Shown: positions 38,803-50,376 of the stretch, one piece after another
Layout of the letters: every line of letters begins with the position of its first letter
Position numbering within the stretch: the stretch's first letter is position 1
From: Antedon mediterranea
Taxonomy: Eukaryota > Animalia > Echinodermata
Direction of reading: 5' to 3'
DNA length: 64,000 nt
Assembly: GCF_964355755.1 (NCBI RefSeq)
Contig: NC_092673.1
Location: forward strand, 22,131,648-22,195,647
Notes under the pieces: model-generated
Told to the model about the DNA's origin: nothing
Databases searched by the model: none
What the model saw: only the letters and a program-made list of their open reading frames with translations
Program-made: the position numbers and the translations under genes

Positions 38803-39753
38803 CTGAATGATAACTCATACAAAAAGTATATTTAACTCAACTAGAACTTTTATTCCTTGTAATTCGATTAATACATCTTTCTAACACTACCAGTCAAGCC
38901 TTAATATTTTCTTTATCATCTTTCCGTTTATCTACTCTGATCTTATTCTCTCTTCTCTTTCTAATATCTATTACATTCCACTTTTATACTGGATATGCAA
39001 ATTTTAGGCTTCAGAGGAGGATAACATTTTCCCTCCAAAAATTATACGATTTTGATTGGCTAATAATAAGGCGGACCTGGTCTAAAGCATCCTTCTCTAA
39101 ACACAGAGAATCACAACATTTAATATGACAACATTGGTAAATTTTCGAAGCGTAAGCCACCACAGCAACTCGATGTTGGTGCTATGGTAGCAACAGCTTT
39201 AAGGAGATATCCCACAGAATGGCCTCAGATAGGCAAAATATTCAGCATAAATAACAATGAGGTAGAAGTAGTGTGGTACACTGGAACGTATACTTCCCGG
39301 TTTGTTCTGTGTGAAAAAGATGGACAAGAATGGCGAGAAATAATATCGAAGGAGGAGGTGATAAGTATATTTAATTTAACACCAACTAGTAGATTGCCTA
39401 CCAATGTTATTGTTAAATTAAAAGAATTAAGAGATGACTTTTTAAATGAAAGTTAATGCAGGGAGTTTTACAACTCACTGGTTGTCACAATAGGGTGCAC
39501 ATTAATGGAATTTTACATGTATAATGAATCTAAAAAAATTATTTAATTTTCAACCAATTTCATAATTGTATATAACAGTAGCTCAACCATATACTGTAGT
39601 CAAGTTTATGACCATGTAGTTTATATAACAATAGCTCAACCATATACTATAGTCAAGTTTATGACCATGTAGTTTTTATAACAATAGCTCAACCATATAC
39701 TATAGTCATAAAGTTTATGACCATGTAGTTTTTATAACAATAGCTCAACCATA

Positions 39754-41843
39754 GGGTAGTAACAAAGTGCGAGGCAGCGAGGCAGGGGAAGGCATGCGAG
39801 GCAGGGGAAGGCATGCAAGGCAAGTCAGAAATTTATGCGAGGCATCGTTTTACCATCATCAAAAAATGCGAGGCATCATTTTATCATTTCTCAAAATTGC
39901 AAGGCAGGTAATCACCGAAATTGAAGTAGCCTAGGCCTAGGCCCGCTAGGCTAGTTTCCTTTTGCACCTGCCTTGTATTTTAACCAACTTTATCCTGAAT
40001 ACCACAGTTTAGAATTAGTAGGCCTACTTTAATGAAGAAAAATCACATAAAAGTAACAATAAATCCATTAAATTGGTGATTTTACAGACGTTGTTTTTCT
40101 CGCATTTCGCACACTCAATGTTCAATATTTTGGTTTCTATGGAACGCCAAAAGAGCAAAATTAATTAGAGGGCTAAAAACTCTGTGGAATCCATTTATAT
40201 TTAACGCATTATTTGGTGAAAATCAAGTACAATTTCAATAGATTTTGTCACTGTCAGTAAGGAAAAATGTTACTGTTGATAATGTACACGGTTTCGTTAA
40301 CCTTTTAAAGAATAAAATAGAAAAATTCATCATAATAGCCTTAGTAGGATGTCCTAGGTCTAGACTAGGTAGTGATGTTGATTTAGGATCGATTATTATT
40401 CTTTGAAGAAAACAGAACAGTATCAGCAGTAACATATTACAACATTTTTATTGACAAATTAACAAATATATTGAAATAAAACGTGTTTTTCACCAATAAA
40501 TGCATGAGAAATTGACGCATTCCACTGAGTTTTAGTCCTCTATTATCGTTGCTCTTTTGGCGCTCCATAGAAACAAAAATATTGAACATTGAATAAGTGA
40601 AATTCGCGAACAGTGTGCGAGAAACACGCCTGTAAAATCATTAATTTAAGGATTTATTTGTTACTTTTTATGTGATTCTTTCATTAAAGTACTCATGAGG
40701 TATACTTCTAAGGTGTGGTATTCACACGATAAAGTTAGTTATCAAATTTGGAGTAAAAATACAAGCGAAGGAAACTAGCGCCACGTTTATTAGTACGTAG
40801 GCCTACATGGACAACAATAAATAAAAATCGTTCGTAATATACCTAGCTTACTAAAACAGGAATAGTGTATCATTATTAAATATTACACCAATTATTATTA
40901 TATCAAAATTGATTAAATTATTTTCTACATAGGCCTCTTATCTAGGTTAGGGCTAAGCATATTAAAAATTATTAGCTAAAGTTTAATTTTAGGCCTAGTA
41001 TTACAATTGTCGGACGTAAGTCTTCACACGCGCTCCAGAATTCTGTCGCAATTTTTTTCTGTGCGGCATGTTATTGGATCGGCATATCAGTTACCTTTTA
41101 TTCAGCGCCAGTTATGAACTTGTCCTGGCAATCGCTGTTCACCTTATTTGCGAGAGAGGTACACGTGTTGTTCCTAGAGAATGGAATGTCAAAAATGTCT
41201 TTGGCACGCCGCTCAGAGAGAAGTCTGTGCGTTGCTGCTGAAACCACGTGCTATAGTAGGGGAATGCACCACAATCCTCTGAGCTGAGGGCTGAATCATT
41301 CCGCTACCTGCTAAATAGTAAAGAGGGATTTTCCATCTTTCGGGTCTACCGGATCTAGGTGCAGGGATGTGACAAAATATTATTTTCACTCTGCTATGTT
41401 CGAGAGACATGTGAGTGAACACGCTCGAAATGCCAACAAACATTGCAGTCATTTGATGAGTGTGTCGCTATAACAATTATTGTTTATCGAAAGTTGAAGA
41501 CTGTCGTTCAGATTTTTGAACCGTAGTTTGGGCACTTTTGTAAAAGTAAAATTTGACACGATATGACTTGAATGAAAAAACAATCGTTACATAAAAATAA
41601 ACAACATGATGAGTGTATACACGAATCTATTTAGCATAATATAGCATAATAGCATAATATATAATATAATATATAATATAGCATAATAGCACGTTAAGAT
41701 ATGCCTCGCACCTTTTTGAAATTGTAAACTATATGCCTCGCATGCCTCGCACTTTTGGAAATGATAAAATGATGCCTCGCACAAATATTTGGCATGCCGC
41801 GCATGCCTCGCGTGCCTCGCTGCCTCGCACTTTGTCAACACTC
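39754..41843 (+). mobile_element. Mutator-like MITE family A, copy 2 (complete)
   Basis: Imperfect ~150-bp TIRs GGGTAGTAACAAAGTGCGAGG / CCTCGCACTTTGTCAACACTC; degenerate 9-bp TSD (TCAACCATA / GTATCCATA). Confidence 0.9.
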
Positions 41844-41868
41844 GTATCCATATACTGTAGTCATAAAG

Positions 41869-43701
41869 GAGTGTTGACAAAGTGCGAGGCATGCGAGGCA
41901 TGCCAAATATTTGTGCGAGGCATCATTTTATCATTTCCAAAAGTGCGAGGCATGCGAGGCATATAGTTTACAATTTCAAAAAGGTGCGAGGCATATCTTA
42001 ACGTGCTATTATGCTATATTATAGGCCTAATAATCAATCGATACAAGCGTATCTAAATAGATTCGTGTATACACTCATCATGTTGTTTATTTTATTTTAC
42101 TCACATGTCTCTCGAACATAGCAGAGTGAAAATAATATTTTGTCACACCCCTGCGCCTAGATCCGGTAGACCCGAGAGATGGAAAATCCCTCTTTACTAT
42201 TTAGCAGGTAGCGGAATGATTCAGCCCTCAGCTCAGAGGATTGTGGTGCATTCCCCTCCTATAGCACGTGGTTTCAGCAGCAACGCACAGACTTCTCTCT
42301 GAGCGGCGTGCCAAAGACATTTTTGACATTCCATTCTCTAGGAACAACACGTGTACCTCTCTCGCAAATATGGTGAACAGCGATTGCCAGGACAAGTTCA
42401 ATAACTGGCGGTGAATAAAAGGTAACTGATATGCCGATCCAATAACATGCCGCAAAGAAAAAAATTGCGACAGAATTCTGGAGCGCGTGTGAAAAAAGAC
42501 TTACGTCCGACAATTGTAATACTAGGCCTAAAATTAAACTTTAGCTAATATGCTTAGCCCTAACCTAGATAAGAGGCCTATGTAGAAAATAATTTAATCA
42601 ATTTTGATAAAATAATAATTGGTGTAATATTTAATAATGATACACTATTCCTGTTTTAGTAAGCTAGGTATATTACGAACGATTTTTATTTATTGTTGTC
42701 CATGTACGTACTAATAAACCTGGCGCTAGTTTCCTTCGCTTGTATTTTTACTCCAAATTTGATAATCATAACTAACTTTATCGTGTGAATACCACACCTA
42801 AAAAGTAACAAATAAATCCTTAAATTAATGATTTTACAGGCGTGTTTCTCGCACACTGTTCGCGAATTTCACTTGTTCAATGTTCAATATTATTGTTTCT
42901 ATGGAGCGCCAAAAGAGCAACGATAATAGAGGACTAAAACTCAGTGGAATGCGTCAATTTCTCATGCATTTATTGGTGAAAAACACGTTTTATTTCAATA
43001 TATTTGTTAATTTGTCAATAAAAATGTTGTAATATGTTACTGCTGATACTGTTCTGTTTTCAAAGAATAATAATCGATCCTAAATCAACATCACTACCTA
43101 GTCTAGACCTAGGACATCCTACTAAGGATATTATGATGAATTTTTCTATTTTATTCTTTAAAAGGTTAACGAAACCGTGTACATTATCAACAGTAACATG
43201 TTTCCTTACTGACAGTGACAAAATCTATTGAAATTGTACTTGATTTTCACCAAATAATGCGTTAAATATAAATGGATTCCACAGAGTTTTTAGCCCTCTA
43301 ATTAATTTTGCTCTTTTGGCGTTCCATAGAAACCAAAATATTGAACATTGAGTGTGCGAAATGCGAGAAAAACAACGTTTGTAAAATCACCAATTTAATG
43401 GATTTATTGTTACTTTTATGTGATTTTTCTTCATTAAAATAAGCCTACTAATTCTAAGCTGTGGTATTCAGGATAAAGTTGGTTAAAATACAAGGCAGGT
43501 GCAAAAGGAAACTAGCCTAGCGGGCCTAGGCCTAGGCTACTTCAATTTCGGTGATTTCCTGCCTTGCAATTTTGAGAAATGATAAAATGATGCCTCGCAT
43601 TTTTTGATGATGGTAAAACGATGCCTCGCATAAATTTCTGACTTGCCTCGCATGCCTTCCCTGCCTCGCGTGCCTCGCTGCCTCGCACTTTGTTACTACC
43701 C
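41869..43701 (-). mobile_element. Mutator-like MITE family A, copy 3 (inverted)
   Basis: Reverse complement of copy 2 with internal deletions; perfect 9-bp TSD GTCATAAAG (41860-41868 / 43702-43710), typical of Mutator. Confidence 0.93.
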
Positions 43702-45048
43702 GTCATAAAGCTTATGACCATGTAGTTTGTATAACAGTAGCTCAACAATATACTGTAGTCATAAAGTTTATGACCATGTGGTTTTTATAACAATAGCTCA
43801 ACCATATACTGTAGTCATAAAGCTTATGACCATGTAGTTTATATAACAATAGCTCAACCATATACTGTAGTCATAAAGTTTATGACCATGTAGTTTGTAT
43901 AACAATAGCTCAACCATATACTGTAGTCATAAAGTTTATGACCATGTAGTTTATATAACAATAGCTCAACCATATACTGTAGTCATAAAGTTTATGACCA
44001 TGTAGTTTATATAACAATAGCTCAACCATATACTGTAGTCATAAAGTTTATGACCATGTAGTTTATATAACAATAGCTCAACCATATACTGTAGTCATAA
44101 AGTTTATGACCATGTAGTTTATATAACAATATCTCAACCATATACTGTAGTCATAAAGTTTATGACCATGTAGTTTATATAACAATAGCTCAACCATATA
44201 CTGTAGTCATAAAGTTTATGACCATGTAGTTTATATAACAATAGCTCAACCATATACTGTAGTCATAAAGTTTATGACTATGTAGTTTTTATAACAGTAG
44301 CTCAACCATATACTGTAGTCATAAAGTTTATGACCATGCAGATGAACTTTATAGTAAAGTTGTATTAAAACAATGAATGATTAAAAATTAAAAATATTCT
44401 GCAGTTATTAAAATTTGTTTTCTTTGCTTTGTGTGTACTTCGCGAAAAAAATGGACATTATAAAGATTTTTTTGGCCCATACCATTTATTTTTTTATTAA
44501 ATAAAGCAGTTTCTGCACATTAAACCTAGTTTAAATAAGAAGCTCAAGTCATAATCCGAACAAAACTCATTGTGTAATGTCTATTGTTGTTTTGGAAAAC
44601 GGACAGTATATTTTAACCTAAAAAAGCTAGTATGTTTTTTTCTATAATTATGAAAATGATAGCGAATTATAAATTTATAGAATAAACAAGGATTTGCATA
44701 TTGTCGATCTATTTTATTGATCTTTTTCTATCTCTAAAATATTTACCATAATGTACATTATGGCTGACATTATCAAACTGTATGCTTTCTCAATAATTAA
44801 ACAAATCTTACAACCACATCTGTTTTTCAAATAATATTTTAAATTCTAATGATAGCTTTTTTTTAGGAAAATTCTATAAATAATGCGGATTGTAGAAATC
44901 CGTTATGGCACAAAATCGTGTTGAGAGCCAACTGGAATAATATTAGAGATGTGCTTGTAGAAGTGGATTGGCCCAGCCTAACTGAACTTCCATCTATATC
45001 TGAGCAGAGATTATTTTGAAGTCATCCTAATTTATTGTCGTTTATCGA

Positions 45049-48000
45049 ATGATTGGTCATGGCAGGGATTACGACAGTTTGTGCAATAGGATTGAGACTT
45101 GTCTTATTAAAGCTGAGAACAGGCTATTGGAAACGGCGTCTCTACGGTCAGATCCGAGTGTCGGATTTGCTGCTAGTGTTGCAGCTAGTACTACTAGTTG
45201 TTCTATAATGGATAGGAAAATAAAGCTGGCTGAAAGTAAAGCTTCCCTGAAGGTAGAACTGGAGTTTAGTGCTGAGGAGAATCGTCTAACTAGCGAGCTC
45301 AATCGACTTGGCATTGCAAAGAAATTAGCAAAGAGTGAGGCTCAACTTGAATCATTTAGAGACTTAATTAACGATTTCGTTACGATTGATAAAACAGGAT
45401 ACACTTCTGATATTACAACTCCTAAAGATACTAGTTATGGAGACAGAATAACGCATCTTGAGAGATTTTTGGATAAGAAAGTAAAGAATCATGTGGATAA
45501 GGTTGATGTTCAAGTACATAATTCTACTCCAAAATATGATCAAAGTAAACTTAATTCGTTTATGCCTAATAGCAAACCAAGTTATATACTCCATTCAGAA
45601 GCTATGATGAACCGTGTAGTTGATTCTTTTAGACTTCCAGCAGTTAAGGTGGATAAATTTGACGGCGATCCGTTAGCATTTCCTATGTGGGAAACTGCAT
45701 TTGATTCGTTGTTGGCATCGAAAGCTGCTTCAACATATGAGAAGCTAAATCTATTAAGCCAACACCTCATAGGGCAACCAAAAGTGCTGGTGAATAATTA
45801 TTTACTCTTACAATTCGAGGATGCATACTACCTAGCTAGAAACGAGTTGAAGGATCGGTATGGCCATTGTTCAATGATAGCGAATAACTTTCTTTCTAAA
45901 TTATCTTCCTGGCCTAAAGTGTCGCCACGGGATAGCATAGGTTTGAGACAATTTTCAGATTTCGTGTGTGAGATGGCAGTCGCAAGACAGAAGGTAGAAG
46001 ACTTGGGAATTCTTGACTATCCTCAAGAGAACTACAAATTGGTATGTAAATTACCTTATTATATTGAAAACAAATGGAGAACAGTAGTGCAGACGCATTT
46101 AAATAACCAAGTTTTCCTAGTTTAATGCAGTTTTCTAATTTCTTAAGATCGAAGGCAAAAGAGGCGAATATTCCCATGTTTCAAACTAAAATCAACACTA
46201 CTCTATTTAGAAGTGCTACCAGGAAATCTGCAAATAAACCAATCAATTCCCTTTCGACAAACATAGACAAAAGTCGTTACCAAAAGAAATGTTATTATTG
46301 TAATGATGTAAAACATGATATTGATAATTGTAACACTTTAGTAACGCTAGAAAACAATTTTTATTTGAAGCCAACTTGTGTTTTGGTTGTGGAAAGGCAA
46401 ATCACCGGAAACGGGAATGCAGGAACAAATCTAAGTGTAGGACTTGCTCCAAAGAACATATGACGTGCTTACATTTCGAAAAGAAACCGGAAGTGGTGGA
46501 TAACAAATGTACTATGATGTGCGGATCGATCGGAAAATGTTATGACAATTCGATGATTGTTCCAGTATGGGTACGTAACTTGCAAAATCATTCAGAGCAT
46601 CTGATCTTGTATACGGGATTCTCGATGCTCAAAGTAATTCATGCTTCATAGACGAAGACTTGATAAAAGGCTGAAAGTCAAAGGTACTCAAACTTAGTTG
46701 AAATTATCTACGATGCATTCAGCTGATACTGTAGTGGACTGTCAAAAGGTAAATGGTCTTCAAATTATAAGTTTTAATAGAAGCGAGACTGTCACCCTAC
46801 CACCGGTATTTAGTAGAACAAACATCCCGGCCGAAAGAAGTCAAATACCTTGCCCTGAAGTAGCTCGTAAATGGGAACATCTAAAATGTATTGCCGACTA
46901 TATTATTCCGCATATGCCAGATATTATACCAGTATCTCTGTTGATTGGTAATAACGTCCCTAATGTCATACGACAAGGGACATTAAGGCTGGTGGTGATA
47001 GTCTACCGTATGGTCAAAAGTCGCTACTGGGATGGGGTATTGTAGGAACTGTGTGTAAAGATGAGGATTCAGCAATATCTCATCGAAATCTCGTGTTACC
47101 CTCATCCTGTAAGGAAATTATAACACCTTCACAAATTAATCAAATGTTTGAGCTTGACTTTGCAGATCAAAAGATGAAACCTTTGTCGTTGGAAGAGAAA
47201 CTATTTCTTCAGATAATGGATGAGAACATCAAACAACGTACTGATGGACACTATGAAATGCCTCTTCCATTTAGAAACAGTGATGCATCTCTTCCAAATA
47301 ACGTATCATTAGTTAAGAGCAGATTGGACAATCTAAAGCGACGTTTAACTACAAACCTCAATTCAAAAGTGACTACATTCAATTTATGAACCAAATAATT
47401 AATCAATGTGCAGATTGAAACAGTTCGTGTTGATAGCATTTTGGTAAAGGGTAAAGTAAACTACGTGCCACATACAGGTGTGTATCACTCGAAAAAACCT
47501 GACCAAATACGGGTAGTGTTTGACTGTTCAGCTAGATTCAAAGGTGTATCTATTAATGATTGTTTATTACCAGGACCTAACTTACTTAACCACCTTTTGG
47601 GTTTATTGCTTCGTTTCATACTTGAAAGAGTGGCTCTAATGTCAGATATACAAGGAATGTTTCATCAGTTTGTTGTGGCTGATAGGCACCGAGACTTTCT
47701 TAGATTCCTTTGGTGGAAAAATAGTGATACTTCGGAGGAAATTCAAGAATATCGAATGAAAGTGCACTTATTTGGTGCAGCCAGTTCCCCAGCATGTGCA
47801 AATTATGGACTAAAACGGGCAGCGAGCGACGGCGAGAAGGAATTCTGTAAGAATGCCGACAACTTCATTCGTGAAAATGTCTATGTAGATGATGGAATGA
47901 TATCTGTATCATCACCGGATGAAGCTAGCAGTACAGCCATGTGTGCAAAGGCTGGTTTACGCTTACACATGTGGGTTACGAATGACAGAGAAGTGTTAGA

Positions 48001-48769
48001 GACGATTCCTCAAGATGAGCGAGGTAAACCAATTAAAGAAATAAACCCTAAATATGACCCATTACCGCTGGAACGGGTGCTTGGGGTATCATGGTGTGTG
48101 GAAAGCGATTCTTTTAATTTCCGAATTGAGCAGCTGAGAAGGACTATTTTAGGTACTATTTGTTCTATTTATGATCCATTCGAATTTGCAGCTCCCGTAT
48201 TAATTACAGGAAAGTTGATTTTACAGGCTATGTGTAAGCTGAATTTAGACTGGGACGAACCGTTAACATCTGAATTACGGACCAGTTGGTTACAGTGGTA
48301 TGAAGATATTGTTCATCTTGGAAAACTACAAGTTAGTCGATGCTACAAACCACAAGGGTTCGGAGAAGTCAAGCAGGCAGAAACCACTATTTCTCAGATG
48401 CCAGTGAAGTAGCATATGGCCAATGCACATATTTAAGATTGATAAATGATGATAACACTCCTTCTATTTCTCTACTATTAGCTAAAGCCAGAGTGACGCC
48501 AGCTAAGAGGAAGATATCTATACCGAAACTAGAACGAACTGCAGCGGTGCTATCTGCTCGTGTCAGTGAATTTGTAAAGCAAGAGTTGCCGTATGATTTA
48601 AGAGAATACTTCTGGACGGACAGTATGGTAGTCCTTGGATATTTGCAAAACGAATCCAAAAGATATCAAGTTTATGTAGCGAACCAAGTTCAACAAATCA
48701 ACGATGAAACTTCAATAGGAAATTGGAATTACATAGAATCATCTTCTAATCCGAGTGATAAAGTCAGTA
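45049..48769 (+). pseudogene. pol: BEL/Pao gag-pol (gag, zinc knuckles, protease, RT, RNase H; integrase deleted)
   Basis: KFDGDPLAFPMWETAF (BEL gag); CYYC..H..C and CFGC..H..C knuckles; LDAQSNSCFI protease; RVVFDCSA, HLFGAASSP, VYVDD; FSDASEVAYG...ARVTP...IPKLE...FWTDS. Confidence 0.95.
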
Positions 48770-50376
48770 GGGTTAATTTGCATAAATGCCAGACCAGGCG
48801 ACGTATAATAGAATCTACTGGCTTGTGTGGCTAGTTTAGATGATGCCAGCGTATAGACCGGAGGTCTTAGTTATTAGTATAAAGAAGTTACAATATATGG
48901 AGAAGTACACAATAAAATATTTCGATTGTTGCATGATACAAGCCTTCCGTGTTCTTTATTACGTATTAATCTCAACTCAAAGAAGTGGCCAGTGAGGCCG
49001 CAGTTACACATATGTATATAATATAATATAAAAATATTTTTATTTTGCTGTTTTCGCGTAAAAAACAATTACTTACTACTTATATAACCAAATATTAATA
49101 TTATTTTAAAAGTTTTAACAATAATGGTTTTTAATTATTATTACTTAATTTTCATCAAGATTGAAGATGATATTATAGTTCAGTTTGAGGATCATAATAA
49201 TGTTACATTTAGATCTCTCTCACTTAACCGAACCATTTTGAACTTTAACTAACTGTTTTAACTATGGGTATTTTGCCAACGTTTTCGTGTAAACAAATAA
49301 TTACTTTACTTCTTCTAACCAATTATTGATATTATTTTAATTACAATACCATATTCTTTTTATTATTATATATTATTATGAAATAACTATTATGGTAGAT
49401 TTCAGATTAGGTGACTTGTATTAGACCATAAGTACATTAAATTGGAAACGATGTTGGTCTGTCGAGCTCGGGAAAAATATCAATATCAATATAGCCACGT
49501 CTGGCAATGCAATCGTACATCGTTCAGACATTATTATATTACTGTATAGGCACTGTCTATTGACTGATGTTGGCACATATTTGTTTTTATTCAGTAATAA
49601 ATGATTACATTGAAAAATAATAATTGGCTACTCTATGACATTTTATTTTCAAAAAAATTCTGCCTTCCAATAATTGACGTATTTTTGGACAAATCGCGTA
49701 TTTTGGAAAATAAATAGCGCCCTCACGTTGACGTATTTTGGTCAATTCACGTATTTTGGATAATTTATAGCGCCCTCAAGTTAACGTATTTTGGAAAATT
49801 ACAAGCGGTTCCAAATTGACGTATTTTGGACAAATCGCGTATTTTGGAAAATGAATAGCGCCCTCAAGTCGACGTATTTTGGAAAGACTCGCGTATTTTG
49901 GATTAGTATAGCGCCCTCAACTTGACGTATTTTAGAAAAAATTCTGCGTATTTTGGACTGATGTTCACCAACCCGACTCTTTAACCCAGGATTTACCTGC
50001 TTAACCTAAATGGAATAATACAATAACACAACACTGTAGGCCTAACTTTTATCCCATACATAACTTATATGTACACGGCACACAAAAAATGAACCATATG
50101 GCAATACTGCAGGCTGCTTCCAACGCAAAGATATCTAAATTTCGGTCGAAAAAAGTATTAAAGTATTAGAACAGAGTACTCAAATGGTCTATTACATTAT
50201 TAGGAATCTCTTACTCGCCCTCCACCACTCAATACACAAACAATTTTAAGGTAAACCAGTGTACTCTCGGTAGGCAGATTTAAAGGTAGGCACATTCCAC
50301 ATTTACCTGTCTGGATTTTGTTTTTTCTACCCATGAATACACAATTTCTTACGTGTTTGAAACGCCTTTTTTAAAT

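Larger units (their letters stand above)
31128..39130 (-). mobile_element. Gypsy LTR retrotransposon (Gmr1-like layout) inserted in the last transposase exon; 5' half deleted or replaced
   Basis: 3' LTR 31128-31532, truncated 5' LTR 38803-39130, TSD ACATT (31123-31127 / 39131-39135), PPT AAAAAGGGGAA next to the 3' LTR. Confidence 0.93.
26078..39456 (+). pseudogene. Multi-exon DDD/E transposase pseudogene (DUF7869/Sola1-like) with C-terminal Tudor/PWWP-like domain
   Basis: Exons 26078-26200, 26703-26813, 27251-27556, 27995-28270, 28572-28693, 29166-29559, 29872-30384, 30798-30925, 31119-31127 + 39136-39456. Motifs VCAKAW..NGI, GDQMP..IHLPS, KCSKC, IIDGMDQSK, LYLQLDNSGKDNKN, FLMVGHTHEDID. In-frame stops (about 28096 and 30288) and frameshifts. 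Family assignment is from recalled motifs. Confidence 0.85.
39572..44340 (+). repeat. 56-bp minisatellite (39572-39753, 41844-41868, 43702-44340) interrupted by two MITEs
   Basis: Unit ATAACAATAGCTCAACCATATACTGTAGTCATAAAGTTTATGACCATGTAGTTTAT, containing the hairpin GTCATAAA-G-TTTATGAC. Confidence 0.95.
25887..44923 (+). mobile_element. Sola1-like DNA transposon (left end lost) inserted in the LINE fragment
   Basis: Bounded by the split LINE frame; contains the spliced transposase pseudogene and a 56-bp array; putative right terminus ...CGTTATGGCACAAAATCGTGTTG has no matching left TIR. Confidence 0.6.
24564..49008 (+). mobile_element. BEL/Pao LTR retrotransposon inflated to 24.4 kb by nested insertions
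   Basis: Partial 5' LTR 24564-24673 (TGTAACGGC...) and partial 3' LTR 48770-49008 (...GCAGTTACA) share about 60 bp (GGGTTAATTTGCATAAATGCCAGAC...); 5-bp TSD CATAT at 24559-24563 and 49009-49013. Confidence 0.85.
23443..49974. mobile_element. Foldback/Mutator-like TIR element with long internally repetitive TIRs (about 2 kb when emptied of nested TEs)
   Basis: GGGTTGGTGAA...CAGTCCAAAATACGCAG at 23443 is the reverse complement of the end at 49974, near-identical over about 160 bp; arms (23443-~23960, ~49670-49974) are built from CCAAAATACG / ACTTGAGGGCGCTA motifs. Candidate 8-bp TSD TTTAACCC at 23430-23437 / 49980-49987. Confidence 0.85.

Noticed and set aside
35947-42513. Recurrent short ORFs (MTAMFVGISS..., MSDVSLFSH..., MQVRRNKYW...) as a gene family
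   Set aside because: They recur only because the MITE copies are near-identical; no recognisable domain.
43702-44340. CRISPR-like array (regular repeats with a hairpin)
   Set aside because: Units are contiguous 56-bp copies with no unique spacers; no cas genes; eukaryotic context.
23443-49974. The long TIRs as the ends of one giant autonomous transposon encoding the DUF7869/Sola-like transposase
   Set aside because: The transposase lies inside a split LINE, inside a BEL element with its own CATAT TSD, so it arrived later than the TIR element.
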